Below are positions 33,181 through 45,999 of a DNA stretch of 57,329 bases, in pieces; the stretch's first letter is position 1, and every line of letters starts with the position of its first letter. Where the stretch lies: contig JAUGWO010000071.1 in assembly GCA_049724395.1 (NCBI GenBank), forward strand, positions 62,001-119,329. Reading direction: 5' to 3'. The stretch comes from Spongospora subterranea f. sp. subterranea. Lineage: Eukaryota. The notes below the pieces were generated by a model that was not told the origin of the DNA, did no database searches, and was given only the letters and a program-made list of their open reading frames with translations. The position numbers were made by a program, and so were the translations under genes.

Positions 33181-34574
33181 ATGTCCCCCCTGTATACTAT
33201 CGGCTTAGGCTTCAGTGTTGCCCATTTTGTCCCGTTTAGTTTATTATTCCTTTTCTGGCGTAGGCGCAACAAGACTCCAATTCGATATCGTCAACCAAAA
33301 GTTATTCTGATTGCGATCATGTTTGGACAGGCATGGTCATTATATATCAGTATATCCGCTCTTGATTTTCCATGGACATATGCAGAACGAGCAATCATTC
33401 AATATAGCTTATTATCGTGCTTCATTGATACATTTACAGCGTTCGGATTTGCAACTTTTATCGCCTTCAGCCGGACATTACAGCAAGCACAATTTTCGGC
33501 TTCATTGGGCAAAGACCCAGAGCGGTTGGCCGCAGCAGTTTTATCGGATTCTAGAGCTCGATTCCTGATGAGTGGCCGTTTTGCAGTGTTTTTCGTTGTC
33601 ACCAGCTGTCTGATTTTGCTCGTTGTGCAGGTCGCTCTTTTGCTACAGCGACCTGCCTTATTCACCATGCGTGCACTTTCTGCTTATTCTGATCGATCGT
33701 CAGGTGCATTGATGGTTGGAGTTTTTTCTAATTACAAAATCTCCGTATCCTGTTTGTTCTTCTTGGTTTCAGCATATAGCCTTCGTATTACTGCTGATAA
33801 TTTCGGTATCAAGGCCTCGATGAAGCGAATAAGCGCCCTTTTCATCATCGGGTATGTTGTATATTTTATTTCTGCCGCTTTCATGCCAGTCGAACGTCTT
33901 TTTCGTATATGAACTTCTTCTATGTCATCATGGTCCAATTAATATCTATTGAGTAAGGCCGTATTTATATATCAGTTGGTCGATCAGAACTCATTCAGAA
34001 TCGACTTTTCAGAGCTGCTTTTGGGCCTTTACTATTGTCGTATCGCTCAGAAGATCGTCAAATCTTTCTTGCTGCAGCCGCCAGTTCAACGTCTCAATTT
34101 GAGCGATTCCTACTAACAAAGAAGGGTTTGGACCAGTTTCAGAAACATTTGATTCGTGAGCGCGCTGTGGAAAACCTTCTGTTTTGGACAGATGCTACGC
34201 AGTTCAAATCGCGATTTCAGAATCGAACAGTGGAAGAGAATGCGAATTGGGCTGATACAATGTATGCGACATATTTGGCCCCCGATTCCATGATGGAGGC
34301 GAATCTAGATGCCGAAACATTACAATACTTCAGGACGCTGTTGTTTCCGAAAGGCATGATCAGCACAGATCATCTGGAGCCAAACATCTTCCAGGAGGCG
34401 TCCGATCGTTTGTTGGAGCTGATGAAATACGATTCACTCATGAGGTTTTGTAGACAAAACCCCGAATCGTGGCAAGAATTTTTGAGCTTGGACCACGAAG
34501 TTCGATGCATGTCGCAAGTTCATGCGTCTGACCGTGTCGACAGGCAAGATGACCTGGCGATTCGTTTCGAGTGA
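33181..34574 (+). CDS. 7TM-RGS protein (transmembrane domain fused to a regulator of G-protein signalling domain); apparent 1-nt frameshift near 33904
   Basis: Multiple TM helices with RRNKTPIRYRQP after TM1 and DNFGIK before TM6. RGS motifs FQKHLIRERAVENLLFW, TYLAPDSMMEANL and LMKYDSLMRF. Intron 33953-34012. Confidence 0.9.
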
Positions 34575-34872
34575 TTCTCATTGAGATATATATATATTCA
34601 CGTTACAATGCTGGGCATCGTTCTTTGACCTCTGCGATGGCGATAAATTCTTTGACTGACAATCCAGTTCCATAAACTGTATTCCAACTTGTCATAGTAA
34701 TAGTGAGAGTAGAACAATGTGAGATATTTGTGTCGGCAGATGTTGAGCTGGATAAAAAAAGATTGCAGTTGATGGGGATATTCGACGACGACGTACTACA
34801 TTGATCGGTGAATCTGGGTGGAGGGCAGTTCCCGGGTTGACTTGATCCGATTGCCTGACGACTCGCACAACC

Positions 34873-37842
34873 ATGGCTGAATCGTACGATAATTCGTCAA
34901 CCACGACCAGCCGAGATCTGATATATTCACCCATCCGGCGCGACGATTCCGACTCGGCGATCAAGATCGCACATCTGCAGGAGCTGATTCAGGCGCTGGA
35001 CGGGTCTGGCGTTGAAGACCCATTCCGGGGTCAACGTCTACCCATCCTGGATCCTCGACGACGTCAAAAGTCTCTATCAGCTACTACGCGCGACCTTTGA
35101 CCAGGTCTCCTCGGGTGGTCGTGTTCTAACGACTCGCGACGACATCGTGGGACGATTGCACAAAATCAGGACCGGATTGAGCGAGCTATCAACGACGACG
35201 ACCAGAACGTATCGATCCCGAAGCCCATCCCCCAAGCGATTAACGCATCTGTTCGAGCACATTCCTGGATCGCAATACTGCCGGAAGTTCTTCCACACGC
35301 AGAAGGAGCATGGGCGACAATACCACACGCCTGGTCCACCGAATCCATCGGATACGGCCCATGATCACAGCTCGAGGCGTTGGTTGAAGGAGACGTGGCT
35401 GGAGACGATTCGACCTCGCCATCGTCATAAGGTTGGTTGATGAAATCGGCCCCCGCGATCGATTCCGAACCGGGGATGTAGACCAGGCGACGGCAATCGA
35501 AAACCACGACCAAGCTGGAATTGCTTCTCGATCGAACGGACCAGTTGGAGAGCCGATTACAGGACGAGCTGCGGCGGGAGCTGCGAACGGAGCAGTTCCT
35601 GGGCAAGCTGAGGGAAGGTAAAAGGGCGATTGTCGGAACGGTTGATCTGGTGTTGGGCGACTGACTCTGATGCTGACGAAGAGGATCGATTGGGGTTCCA
35701 GCGCATGTTGGATAAGCTGGATTACCTTGGCGAGTGCATATTGTGCAATCGCTCGACCGATACGGGGCGTCGATCACCATCGCCACCGGACCCACCGCCT
35801 CCGACGACTCGCGTTGTCGTTGACCACGCGCGTATCGACGACCTGGAACGGGAGCTGAATAAGGCGAACTCACAGGCGATCAACGATCTGGCAGTGAAAG
35901 AGGGTAATCGAGATCATTCGCGGAAAACGCGGGGTCAATGGATGACATGTTGTGTGGTCGTCGCTGTTGTTCAGGTCGAATCAGTTCCCTAAACCAAGAG
36001 CTGTTGGAAGCGAGAAGACAGGTCGACGAACTGCGACGAGCCAAGCTAGAATTAGAGAACGAGCTGGCACAAAATCGAGCGAACGATGCGGTGGCGAACG
36101 GCAATCAGCAACAGCTACAGGAAAGGATCCAGAGGTTCATTGTTATCAGTTTGTTTTTTGTCAGTTTCGATTTGAGATGGCCCATTCAGACTGGAAGAGA
36201 GCTTGAAGAAGCATTGCAGGGCAGAGAAACGACTTGAACGGCACGAGAAGGAGCTGAACGATGAGATCGCCGATCTTCAACAGCAGTTGGGCGATCTGAG
36301 AACGGCTCTGGCCAGGTTTGATATAGGGATTGCCCTACACCGATCCCACCGATGTGCCATTCAGATCGAAACAGCGGGAGGACGACCTGATCGCCGAGAG
36401 GGCACGAGCTCCAGCAGTTCCCGAACCGATTCCGACCAAACCTGAGCCCGTTCAGCAAAATCGATTTCATCGGGTCGTCATTTCGGTAATATCGATCTGA
36501 TCCACAATCCTCCTTTCCGTTCGCCCTGAAATTGCAATGTATTCTCAGGCGCTGTTCAGACATTTCCTGGACAAGTTCAGGAAAGAGAGCAAGGCCAGAG
36601 CAGATCTGCAATCGACGTTGTCATCGTAATCAATATCGGGGGGATTTGTGTGATCGTCCGGAACCGACGCCGTCTTCTCTCCTAGGGTCTCGAGCGCGCT
36701 CGAACGCGCCCAGCAATTGCATCGCCTGGAGCTGGACAGTATTCGCAGCCAATCGCTGCTGGACACGAACGCCCTGATCGACGCCCGCGATCGCCAGGCG
36801 ATCGACAACGATCGCCTGCAAGACCAGCTGGCACGAGCGCAATCGGAACACGCCGAGCTGGAGCGCCGATTCACAACCACGCTGGAATTGACCAAACGAA
36901 AATCGGTGGAGGAGATCGCGGCGCTACAGATGCAGCTAATGGTCGTGGATCAGTCGAAAGTCATCGTTAGATCGCCGTCGATCGCCGTATTGTTATTTGA
37001 CCCGGTGGTTTTTTTGTCGCTGAGTTCAGGAGCCGCCCGTCGATCTGAACGCGTTCAACAAGATGGCGGGCGATGCGTTCCAAGGCGATTATCTGCACCT
37101 GGCTGACGCCCCGTCTGTTTTGCACATCATGTTCGAGCATGGAGATGAACGAGGTCGCCCCGTTTCCTTTTCTGGTTCTGGTTATCGATAATCCCAACTC
37201 GATTTTGCTTTGGTTTCGGGTTTAGTGCTGTTCTCGGATCGGATCGAGAAACTCAACCACCGGAACTTCCGGGAGAAGCGGATCCTGATGATCGGGCAGC
37301 ACTCGATCTACCTGCTGATGGTGAAGGGGATGGAGGTGAAACGGGTGATGAAGGTCGAGGATATCGACAAGGTGACGATGTCGCGCCGATGCGCCGATCA
37401 CCTCGTGATCCATCATCGGTCCGAAGAAGGTCGGCACCGGATCTGTTCTGGGGTGTCGTCCCTTGGAACGCCCCCTTTGATCAATTCTCTGATTTGTGGT
37501 GCAGATATATTCCTGATCTCGTCAAAGCGTTTCGAGGTGGGATCAAACCGCGTTTCAGATTTTGGTTGAGGATTGTTTTTCTGAAAACGCGTGCGCCTTT
37601 TGCAGATCATGTATTTCCTCATGAACGCGTTCAAGAGGAAGACGTCCACCGATATTAAGTACCATTTCGCGGAAAGGTATAATCTACGCTCCAATCGTGC
37701 AATGGGCAGATTCAGTTCCCAACCGGCTACGTTTGTGTTCAGGTTCTACGTTGAGGATCGCGATATGCATTATAGGCTCGTTGAAATACCCGACACAACA
37801 ACGGTTAAACTTGGGAAATCGGTCGTATTAGGTCCGACATGA
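34873..37842 (+). CDS. Multi-exon coiled-coil protein with a C-terminal myosin-I TH1 (PH-like) domain and no motor domain
   Basis: Many short coiled-coil exons, then VLFSDRIEKLNHRNFREKRILMIGQHSIYLL...KRV....IDKVTMSRRCADHLVIH...DIFLISSKRFE, which fits the TH1 pattern. Confidence 0.75.
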
Positions 37843-37967
37843 TGATCATACGGGAATCATTAAAAAATCTACCCAGTAAATTCCATAGAATTATCACTAA
37901 CAGTGAACGGCAAACGAGTCGGTGTCGATGTTGGTCAAATTGTTTTTCGGATGAATCATATTTATAG

Positions 37968-38799
37968 TCACGTTTTGGCCATCAGTCGCGTTAACATCTG
38001 GTTGACAACGGCGTCAATGTTCTCTCCTGTTTTCGCTGATGCAATCCAATGCGATAGGCTCCATCGAGCTGTCTGCAATGTTTTTGTGAGAGTCAATAAC
38101 GCGAACGGTGTTCACAGATTTCCCCGAATGGGTCGACCTGTTCTTCGGCGTCTTGGACTGATATGTTGGCAAGCTCATTGAGGTCAGATTTGAGGCCGAC
38201 CACTATTGCCACACACGATGGGTAGCACCTCAGCATTTCATTACGCCAGAACGCAACCTGATCACATTGCCCACTCAGTTGACGACATTCTTGGTGAATT
38301 TCGTTCGTTGACCAACTTCTCTAAACGATGCCTCGTTGGTTCGGTCGTATGTTATGATTGCTCCCTGCGCGCGCACGTGTTAACCTGGGTTGGCGCAATC
38401 ACGATTGGGTGGAGTGTACGTTGATATTATCGTAGAGATGCTGTACGACAGGTTTAAACCTCTCATGCCCTCCACACGACCACAAGTTCAACGTGACATA
38501 TTCCCTATATTGACCACTTGAATCATTTGACATATCTCGTTGCTCTACGATGACCCCTCAACTTACTCCTGAAACTGCATTTCTTTAATGAAAAGTTCTG
38601 CACCCAATGTGGGAATGTGTTTGTTTGGAAACTCCTCACTGAGAATGCTGATGAACACTAATGAAAAACGTCTCATGGATGTGGTTATGATGAATGGGAC
38701 GCACCGGCTCACTAATGCCGTCTTGCCTGAGCCAGACGCCCCAACGATCAAAACCTGGATTTGCCGACCCCCATTCTTACCTGCTCGTGTTTTCAACAT
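37968..38799 (-). CDS. Atypical Rab-like small GTPase without a prenylation motif (multi-exon)
   Basis: Spliced reading gives G1 GASGSGKT, G2 PTLG, G3-like LWSCGGHERF, G4 GLKSD and G5 SAKTGENI, ending LMAKT-stop. Confidence 0.82.
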
Positions 38800-41075
38800 G
38801 ACACTAATTTCGATATGTACCGGTTATCGATCCCGCTCAGTCCGAATATAGCAGTCGTAGAGTTATTTTATATAGAGAGATGGTTCGGGAGATTGTGATG
38901 GAAGACACGACCTGATCGCGTCGATAAACGCCTCTGGAGCCTCTTGTTGAGGGATGTGTCCACATTCGTGAATTCTGATCAATCTTGATCTACCGTGTAA
39001 AGTTGTCGCCAATCGTTGAAGTTCACCCAGTGAACATAACTTTCATTGATATCAGTTGATTATCGATGGCAAATGACATGGGGGCGCGACCTTATCCTCA
39101 ACTCCTTGGATTATCGTAACTGGGCAGGTGATTATAGATGCATATTTCTCTATACAATGGTGCTGCTCAGACACGTTTACCATTTCCACTACACATGAAC
39201 GATGTTATTATGGAGACGTACACCATTCGGATATATCATATACCAATTGCCTCGGACCAGTTAGGCAACAACATACTTGAACGATAATCGTCGATGATCT
39301 CTTCGGAGATGCAGGAAGGATTGTACCAAGACCTTCTCATTGACACCTGAACATGAAAAGGTTAAGATCACGGAAGCTGTTTAGCGGCGCTATTGCTATA
39401 TCGTGCCTGTCCAAGCTCGGATCGAACTAGCTGCATGATCACTGATCTGCCAAGTCGAGTCATAAACATTGACCTAAAACAATGGACAGCGTAAATGGAA
39501 AAAGTCTTATTTAACGCTGTGCATACAAGTACCTGACAAAGGAAGGTAAAGTGGTCATCTCAGTAAAAGATACAATGCACAATGCAGATAGTGGTGGTAC
39601 TCGTTTTGCTAACATCATCGCCAGTGATGCGCCTGCAGTTCAAATACAAATAAATTGACTTGAACCTACAGCACGTTCCACGCTTTACCGGTAGAGTGGC
39701 CAACAATCAATGCTTCTTTCATGTTAAATGTATCCTACAGATTAGAATTCAGTATAAGCTAATTTTGCAGCCAGGAGGAACGCACATACCAGCAGATGGT
39801 TCGAAACTTTGATCGAGAATTCAGGAGAGTAAGGACTCAATTCTCTAGACAACACTTCCTGCCCAAATGGTCTACAAGATAGGCCAAACCTGTTCTCTAC
39901 GAATCAGTGAGATCAACGATGGTCAACTACCAAATTACCCGGGACGATCAAAAGCCAGAACAGAGCAAAATTCCGTCAACTGAGGCCAAACTTGGCGCCA
40001 CGAAAACACACCGCCACCAAAACCATGTAGCTATCATGTAGTCAGCAGAATTCGAATGCGGATTGGTACAAGTCATTATTACTAGACAGATAGAGTGAGG
40101 GCTGGTTGGATGTTGGTGATAACGGTAATGGATAGACAGCCCTTCGAACTGTTCACGACGTGCATTAGAGTACGGAGACAGTCGCGAATTGCAAACCGAC
40201 ATTGAGAAAGCGACTATCGGGTTCGAGAAGCAGCTGTGATGCCGAGTCCAACACTGTGTCGACATGGATCAAGGTGTCTTCCTTTGGTAAAACCGCATAT
40301 CTCACTAGTAATGCCATAAATTCTGTGAAAAAGAAAGCATTGTTATAATGACAACGGACCTGTTGACTCCTGCCTTGGCGCCAAGATTCTTCTCCTTCGA
40401 GCCTTTAGTAGACGCAATGAGAAAACAATTCTGTGTTGTAATCCAGAACGTGATATACCAGAGTAAATGCCAAGAATTGAGAAACCACAATAGCGATGCT
40501 GACTACTGTCAAAGGATGGATACGAGATGACGCGATATATAATTTAGCAAATAGCATTGCTAAAGAAAATATTACCGATAGCCGCGATATCTAAAAACGC
40601 TCAGGAACTTACACATTAGACAACTGAGTGCTTACGATTAATGCCGATGATTTGGTCTGGTTTCTATATGCAAAAAATTCAAACAATAAAATCGAGCGGC
40701 CGAGGGATAAAAACACGATGTCACAGCCAGATTCCTGAGAATGACAGTGATCATTATATAATTGGGGACAAATCAGGAACGATTGGGCCCTACACTGATC
40801 TGGTAATGGACAACATCATGAACGGAATATTCCAAGAACGGCATACTGTCCGGTCTTAAGACAACCGCATACACCACAGCAGATAACGGGAAATCTAGTT
40901 ACAGTTCACTTGGCAAAACAGTCATATATGTTGCTATAAGAGACGGACCGATAAAGGCGGTAATGCGAGGTAAAGATGATATGACCAAGTAGGAACAACA
41001 TAATGTGAAGAATCTATAAAAGAGGAATGCATTAGACTGGGAACAAGCGATGAAACATCGGCGTGTACGCGCAAT

Positions 41076-41510
41076 GTGTTAGACATCGATGGATGTATGC
41101 AGAGAACAATGCTGGCCTTGCTGGCAGCAACGGCACATCTGGATGTTCGCCATCGATGTCGCGGTCTTGCTGCATCGGTACAGACTTGTATAGATTACCA
41201 AGGGTTGAAGTATCGGGATTATGGCCAGCCGGCATATGATGCCAATTCCGATTTGGAAAGTTATATAGGTAAGCGAAAATATCGGAAGAGAATGTCTTGT
41301 GATCGTGTTGACCGCAATGAGGACAATCAGGTGTGGAAGCACGTTTCAGTTTGGCGGTGTGATAAGTGCGGCGGTGCCCACTATCACCGGGTCATAACTA
41401 TTAAGTGCGGAAATGTCCACTGTCACCGGTGCAATATAGTGCGACGATGCCCACTGTCACCGGAGCCATGTTGTGCGGCGATGCTCACAGTCTGGCGCAG
41501 CCTACAGTAA
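41076..41510 (+). CDS. Hypothetical Cys/His-rich ORF with degenerate RING-like spacing
   Basis: CDKC-x12-CGNVHCHRC-x5-CPLS. Confidence 0.3.
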   Translation: MLDIDGCMQRTMLALLAATAHLDVRHRCRGLAASVQTCIDYQGLKYRDYGQPAYDANSDLESYIGKRKYRKRMSCDRVDRNEDNQVWKHVSVWRCDKCGGAHYHRVITIKCGNVHCHRCNIVRRCPLSPEPCCAAMLTVWRSLQ

Positions 41511-42409
41511 TGGTTTGCGAGAAAGGGTACAATAACAAGTGCGTGACAAACTGACACAGTGAAGCACACAGGGCACCTGTCTCTGTCCGTACACTTTATG
41601 TATGTTATCTCATGGCATTGGGCCACTGAGTCCGACTGAGGCGGAACCCTTGTTTCAAACTGATGTGTATCCGCTCTGGTATGAACAGAATATTGCCGGT
41701 GATTGTCGCCAACCGGATGGTCAATGTGGTCCAACGTGCTAGGCATCGCTGGGTCCGCAGCAAAAATTCTCGAAGACCAATCAGACAAGATGCAGCTGTC
41801 TAAGACTTGGATTTATGGTCGTGAGTTCAGTAACCGCGAATGGTCAACACTCATACCACTCATGGCCAATGCCATATCATGGACCCTGCTAGCTTGATGG
41901 TGTTCGGCATCACAGATACACTGAAATGAGGATTAACCAAATTTGCAGGCACCGACAAGCGAAACGAACACGTGAGACGGATCGGAAAGCGAAGCCGATC
42001 ACGACATCATCGTAACTGTCAATTCGCTACAAGACGTTGTCGATGCAACCTGACGTCACGGGAATCCGGTTCGCGAATTCATGGCACCCGGCAGTTAGTG
42101 AAAAGCGGCGCCATCATAATTCAGTACTGTCCAATGGACGCGCATGAACGCCGATATCGTCACCAAGGTCACGAGTACGCCGACGTTCAACCGACAAGTG
42201 ACACGCAATCAAAATCGACCCAACCGCAACGACCCGAGGGCATCAGTGGAGGGTGTATTGAAGCTACGATGACTCAGCCGACGCCCGAGGCCGTCTCTCA
42301 CATACACACGAGGATATGAGTCACGTCCAGCTGATGGCGACCCATATTGTCGATGACTTGCAATACATCCAATACGTAGTCCAGAACGCACAAACACCAA
42401 TTGAACGAG

Positions 42410-43333
42410 ATGAGCGCAGACAGTTTATTGGTCTCGATGGCGACCGACATGAGATCCGCTTTAGAGGCGTTATTTCATAACGAATCGTCAAGTGATTTAG
42501 TGGTTCGTTTGTCGGAGGTCAAGTTCTACGTGCACAAAGCGGTGATGATGCCGACCTGCGCGATGATTGAACAATGTGTGAAATGGCCCCAGGACGATAC
42601 CGATAACGGATCGGGATCACGAGCACAATGTGATATCGTATTACCGGATCTCACAATACCAGAGGCATTTGGTTCTGTGCAACTTTCACCTTTTGAAGCC
42701 AATCGCCTGTTCGGCCTGTTCCTTCGAACAGTTTACGGTCTAGTGCACCCGTCGGAATATCAGTCTGTTCAAGACGTGTTCTCAGTTCTGATAATCGCCA
42801 ATTACATGATGAGCGATAAAGTCAAAGGGCGTTGCGAGCTTGACCTAATAAGGCGGATCGTGATGGATCTGTCGAATGTTTCACATTTGTTAGTGTTCTG
42901 TCGTAAATATAACCTCTCTGATTTGAGGGAAAAAATACTTCAATATGTTGGGACAAACCCAAATCTGTTCGACGTCTATGAACATATACTAGTCAAGATG
43001 GAGATTAAGGATTTTCTGGATTTATTGGAGCACATGATTTTCGACCCATTAACCAGACACGAAGTCCTATTGAAATATTGCAGTCAAGTGAGCCCAGATA
43101 TCCACAATATCCCAGAGGGCGCTGACATCAATATTACTCAGCGGGATCGTCTGGAATGCCTAATCGAAGGATATCACATTCTATCGAAATCCTGGACAAC
43201 GTGGCAGATGATTCGCCGAATTGGTGACCGCACAAGAGACATTGTAGTTAACCTTGAATCTGGCCCAGACGATTCTCATCTAGTATTGCTCCAAATTTTT
43301 GTGGATCAAATGTACACCGTTCCATTACCGTAG
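42410..43333 (+). CDS. BTB/POZ (plus BACK-like) domain protein, paralog 1, intronless
   Basis: SSDLVVRLSEVKFYVHKAVM, FLRTVYG, VLIIANYMM...KGRCE, then helical LLVFCRKYNLSDLREKILQYV. Confidence 0.88.
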   Translation: MSADSLLVSMATDMRSALEALFHNESSSDLVVRLSEVKFYVHKAVMMPTCAMIEQCVKWPQDDTDNGSGSRAQCDIVLPDLTIPEAFGSVQLSPFEANRLFGLFLRTVYGLVHPSEYQSVQDVFSVLIIANYMMSDKVKGRCELDLIRRIVMDLSNVSHLLVFCRKYNLSDLREKILQYVGTNPNLFDVYEHILVKMEIKDFLDLLEHMIFDPLTRHEVLLKYCSQVSPDIHNIPEGADINITQRDRLECLIEGYHILSKSWTTWQMIRRIGDRTRDIVVNLESGPDDSHLVLLQIFVDQMYTVPLP

Positions 43334-44583
43334 TCTCATTTGGTAATACTGCTCTTTCATGAACACCAATCGCCAAATAAATCATTATTCATTGAGAAAA
43401 TAGAGCTTGACCGACAACATTCGTCTGATAAATTTTGTTTTCTCCATAAAGTACCACAACAAGTTGCCTGGACACATGGCGTTAACCCATTTGCTCGGGC
43501 TCCTTCTCCAGGTTGTACAATTCTTGTCATCCTCTCATTTTTCCACAAATTTTGTTGAAAAATTACAGCCATCCAAATTTGATATTGGCTTCAAACTCTC
43601 GATTGATGCTCAGTGGACCGTATTTGCGGGAGATGTCGAATATTGTATTATCATCATATTTCATTGCTTTAACAGTTGTAATAGTTGACATTTCGTATTT
43701 TGATGCTGTAATTGAAGATTCGGTTTTGATTTTTTTCAATATAATCAAAAATAATTATAAAAAAAATAATAGTACAAAGTAGAATTAATATTTTTAGAAC
43801 TATTGAATAATTATCAATAATTATATTTCCATAAAAGATTATGAAAACACAACAGGCATAGAGAGAAACAATGGGAAGACGATGCAACCAGGTCTCGCGA
43901 GTTGGTTGCATCCTGAATCTTTGAAGAGCTTACCCGTACAGCTTCTTCGAAACTCTTGGAGCCACCATAAATTTGGTTGTTTTCCAGTCGATTCAGCTTA
44001 ATAAAAGTGCTTGAATTAGTTCAAGAGAATGGCTCGACACACGCCTCCATTTTTATGCGAGCCAGTTTGATTGTCAGAAAGCGTCAGCATTGCGACGACT
44101 TGAGCCAGTTTAAAACTGTACAGATCGCGATGGCGCAAGCACTGACGAGGAAGAAACCCGACCAAACACCGTTCGATCCCATCGGTCCCCCCAACAACAG
44201 CAAGAGCCTGTCCCTCCTGGTTTTCATCTGCAATTTCGTTATCTCACAGACATACTACGCTTGCCAGCATTTTTGTCGGCCATCTTAACGATTATTGATC
44301 GGGCTTCAAAAAGTTAGTTATCCTTTTGAGTGGGTTTTCTATGTTTTCGGGCTGAATAAATATTCATTCAGCTTAATGGGTTTTGTGCTCTCGCTTTTCC
44401 AAAAATTCTTCCAAATATCTATCAGGGGTGTATTTGAAGTTTTGGCCAGAAAAGAGAACAATTTTATCAATCTCAGAATGTTGAAAGGCTGGCGTCGTGG
44501 TGTCATCGTCGGTAATCCTGGAATACTTTGCCCGAATACGATATGGGTCTGCCACATCGACGCCTCAAGGTCTGAAAAAAAAA

Positions 44584-44923
44584 ACAGCTTAATTTTTGAA
44601 GATGTGTCGCTGAATGTTGAAAGTTGGCGTTTCGTGATGTTGTTGCAAGCAGATTTGTCAGAACAATGACTCCGGGACGTTGTTGGACGTATTGCACTCT
44701 GTCCCCATTTCAAAACGGATTGTTTAAACGGCCCAGGCTGATTTAGTCGTGGAAATTACGGCTAATAAACTTAAACCTTTTGAACAATCCATTTCGAAAT
44801 GGGGACAGAGTGCAATACGTCCAAAAACATCGCGGGGTCATTGTTCTGACAAATCCGCTTGCAACCACATCACGAAACGCCAACTCTCAACATTCAGCGA
44901 CACATCTTTGGAAATAAAGCTGT
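44584..44923. repeat. Inverted repeat, 148-bp arms (44584-44731/44776-44923), 44-nt loop
   Basis: Reverse-complement match with scattered substitutions. The same peptide, KWGQSAIRP.TSR.HCSDKSACN, appears on both strands in the ORF track. Confidence 0.95.
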
Positions 44924-44980
44924 CTAGAAGTCGATTTTTGGCTCATTGGAACCGGCTCGTCGAGATCATTCAATTGGTGT

Positions 44981-45999
44981 ATGGTTTTCTGCGTGTATGC
45001 ACACTTTCTTACAATAGTGCCAAATCTGAACAAGGATTGTTTTCAAAATCGCGATGGAAATGGGTATTTTAGCACTCTTTCGGCATTTGTCGAAAACATT
45101 TCTGGGCATACCCCGAAGCGGTACAGGTCTGGAATCGTGATTCCAGATTCAGACGATTCTGGAGTAACTCTGCCAGAAAACCCTCGTGATCATGTGGCTA
45201 GCCGTCTTTTCGAATATATTAGACCGATAATCAATGAAGTGTCGGTTGGTATGTCTAACTTACTTCGCACTGCTGGCGTTGCCTCATTTCAGAAATCGAA
45301 ATTCTGCCAGGAAATTGTTTCCTTCGATCATTTCCGCTGCATATTGACCAAGGCCATCAAATATGATTCAGTTGCCGAACAATCGAGCTCAGATCTTCTA
45401 AACGACCATATTCGACATGATGAATCAATTATCATGGAAATACTTTCGTCGCGCCTTGCATGGGCGTTGGAACAGCCTTCTGATGTAACTGATTTCGAGT
45501 TCCCAGACATGTCTGCTCAGATTGACGATGAACCTGATGCTGTTGATCAAGAAATTGATGAAAGCTTCGATGCCGATTCCATTATCGGGTTTTCAGATTT
45601 ATTGCAGAGGATGCACCTATTTGATTCTTCCTTCAACGTCGCTGTCGCGGCAAGTAAATGTTTGCCAAGTAACAGTGTTTCGCGGTCGTTGAATCTTCAA
45701 CAACATCGATCACTACAAGGGCGCTGGTATACTCGTTTTTTCACCACGAAGTTTCTAGTGACGATTTGATTTCACGAGGAAGGGTCATTAAGCACGGGGG
45801 CAAGAATTGGCTCATTTTAGCTGTGTTCAAGAAAGGGTATTCCAAGTTTAGGTTAATCGAATCAGTCCACTCAGCGACAATCAAGCAAACAATGTTCGAT
45901 TGCACTGTATATTGGTTAGAAAATCGTCAGTCTCGGATTCATACTCTGTTGAATTGCCGGATATTCGTACAAAAGAAACTGTGCAAACGTTCTTTTTAA
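44981..45999 (+). pseudogene. Broken hypothetical ORFs, possibly a decayed DNA-transposon gene
   Basis: A 262-aa ORF plus a frameshifted 77-aa continuation, lying between two BTB paralogs. No catalytic motif identified with confidence. Confidence 0.3.

Noticed and set aside
35166..35873. 235-aa minus-strand ORF
   Set aside because: It is the shadow of GC-rich plus-strand coiled-coil exons.
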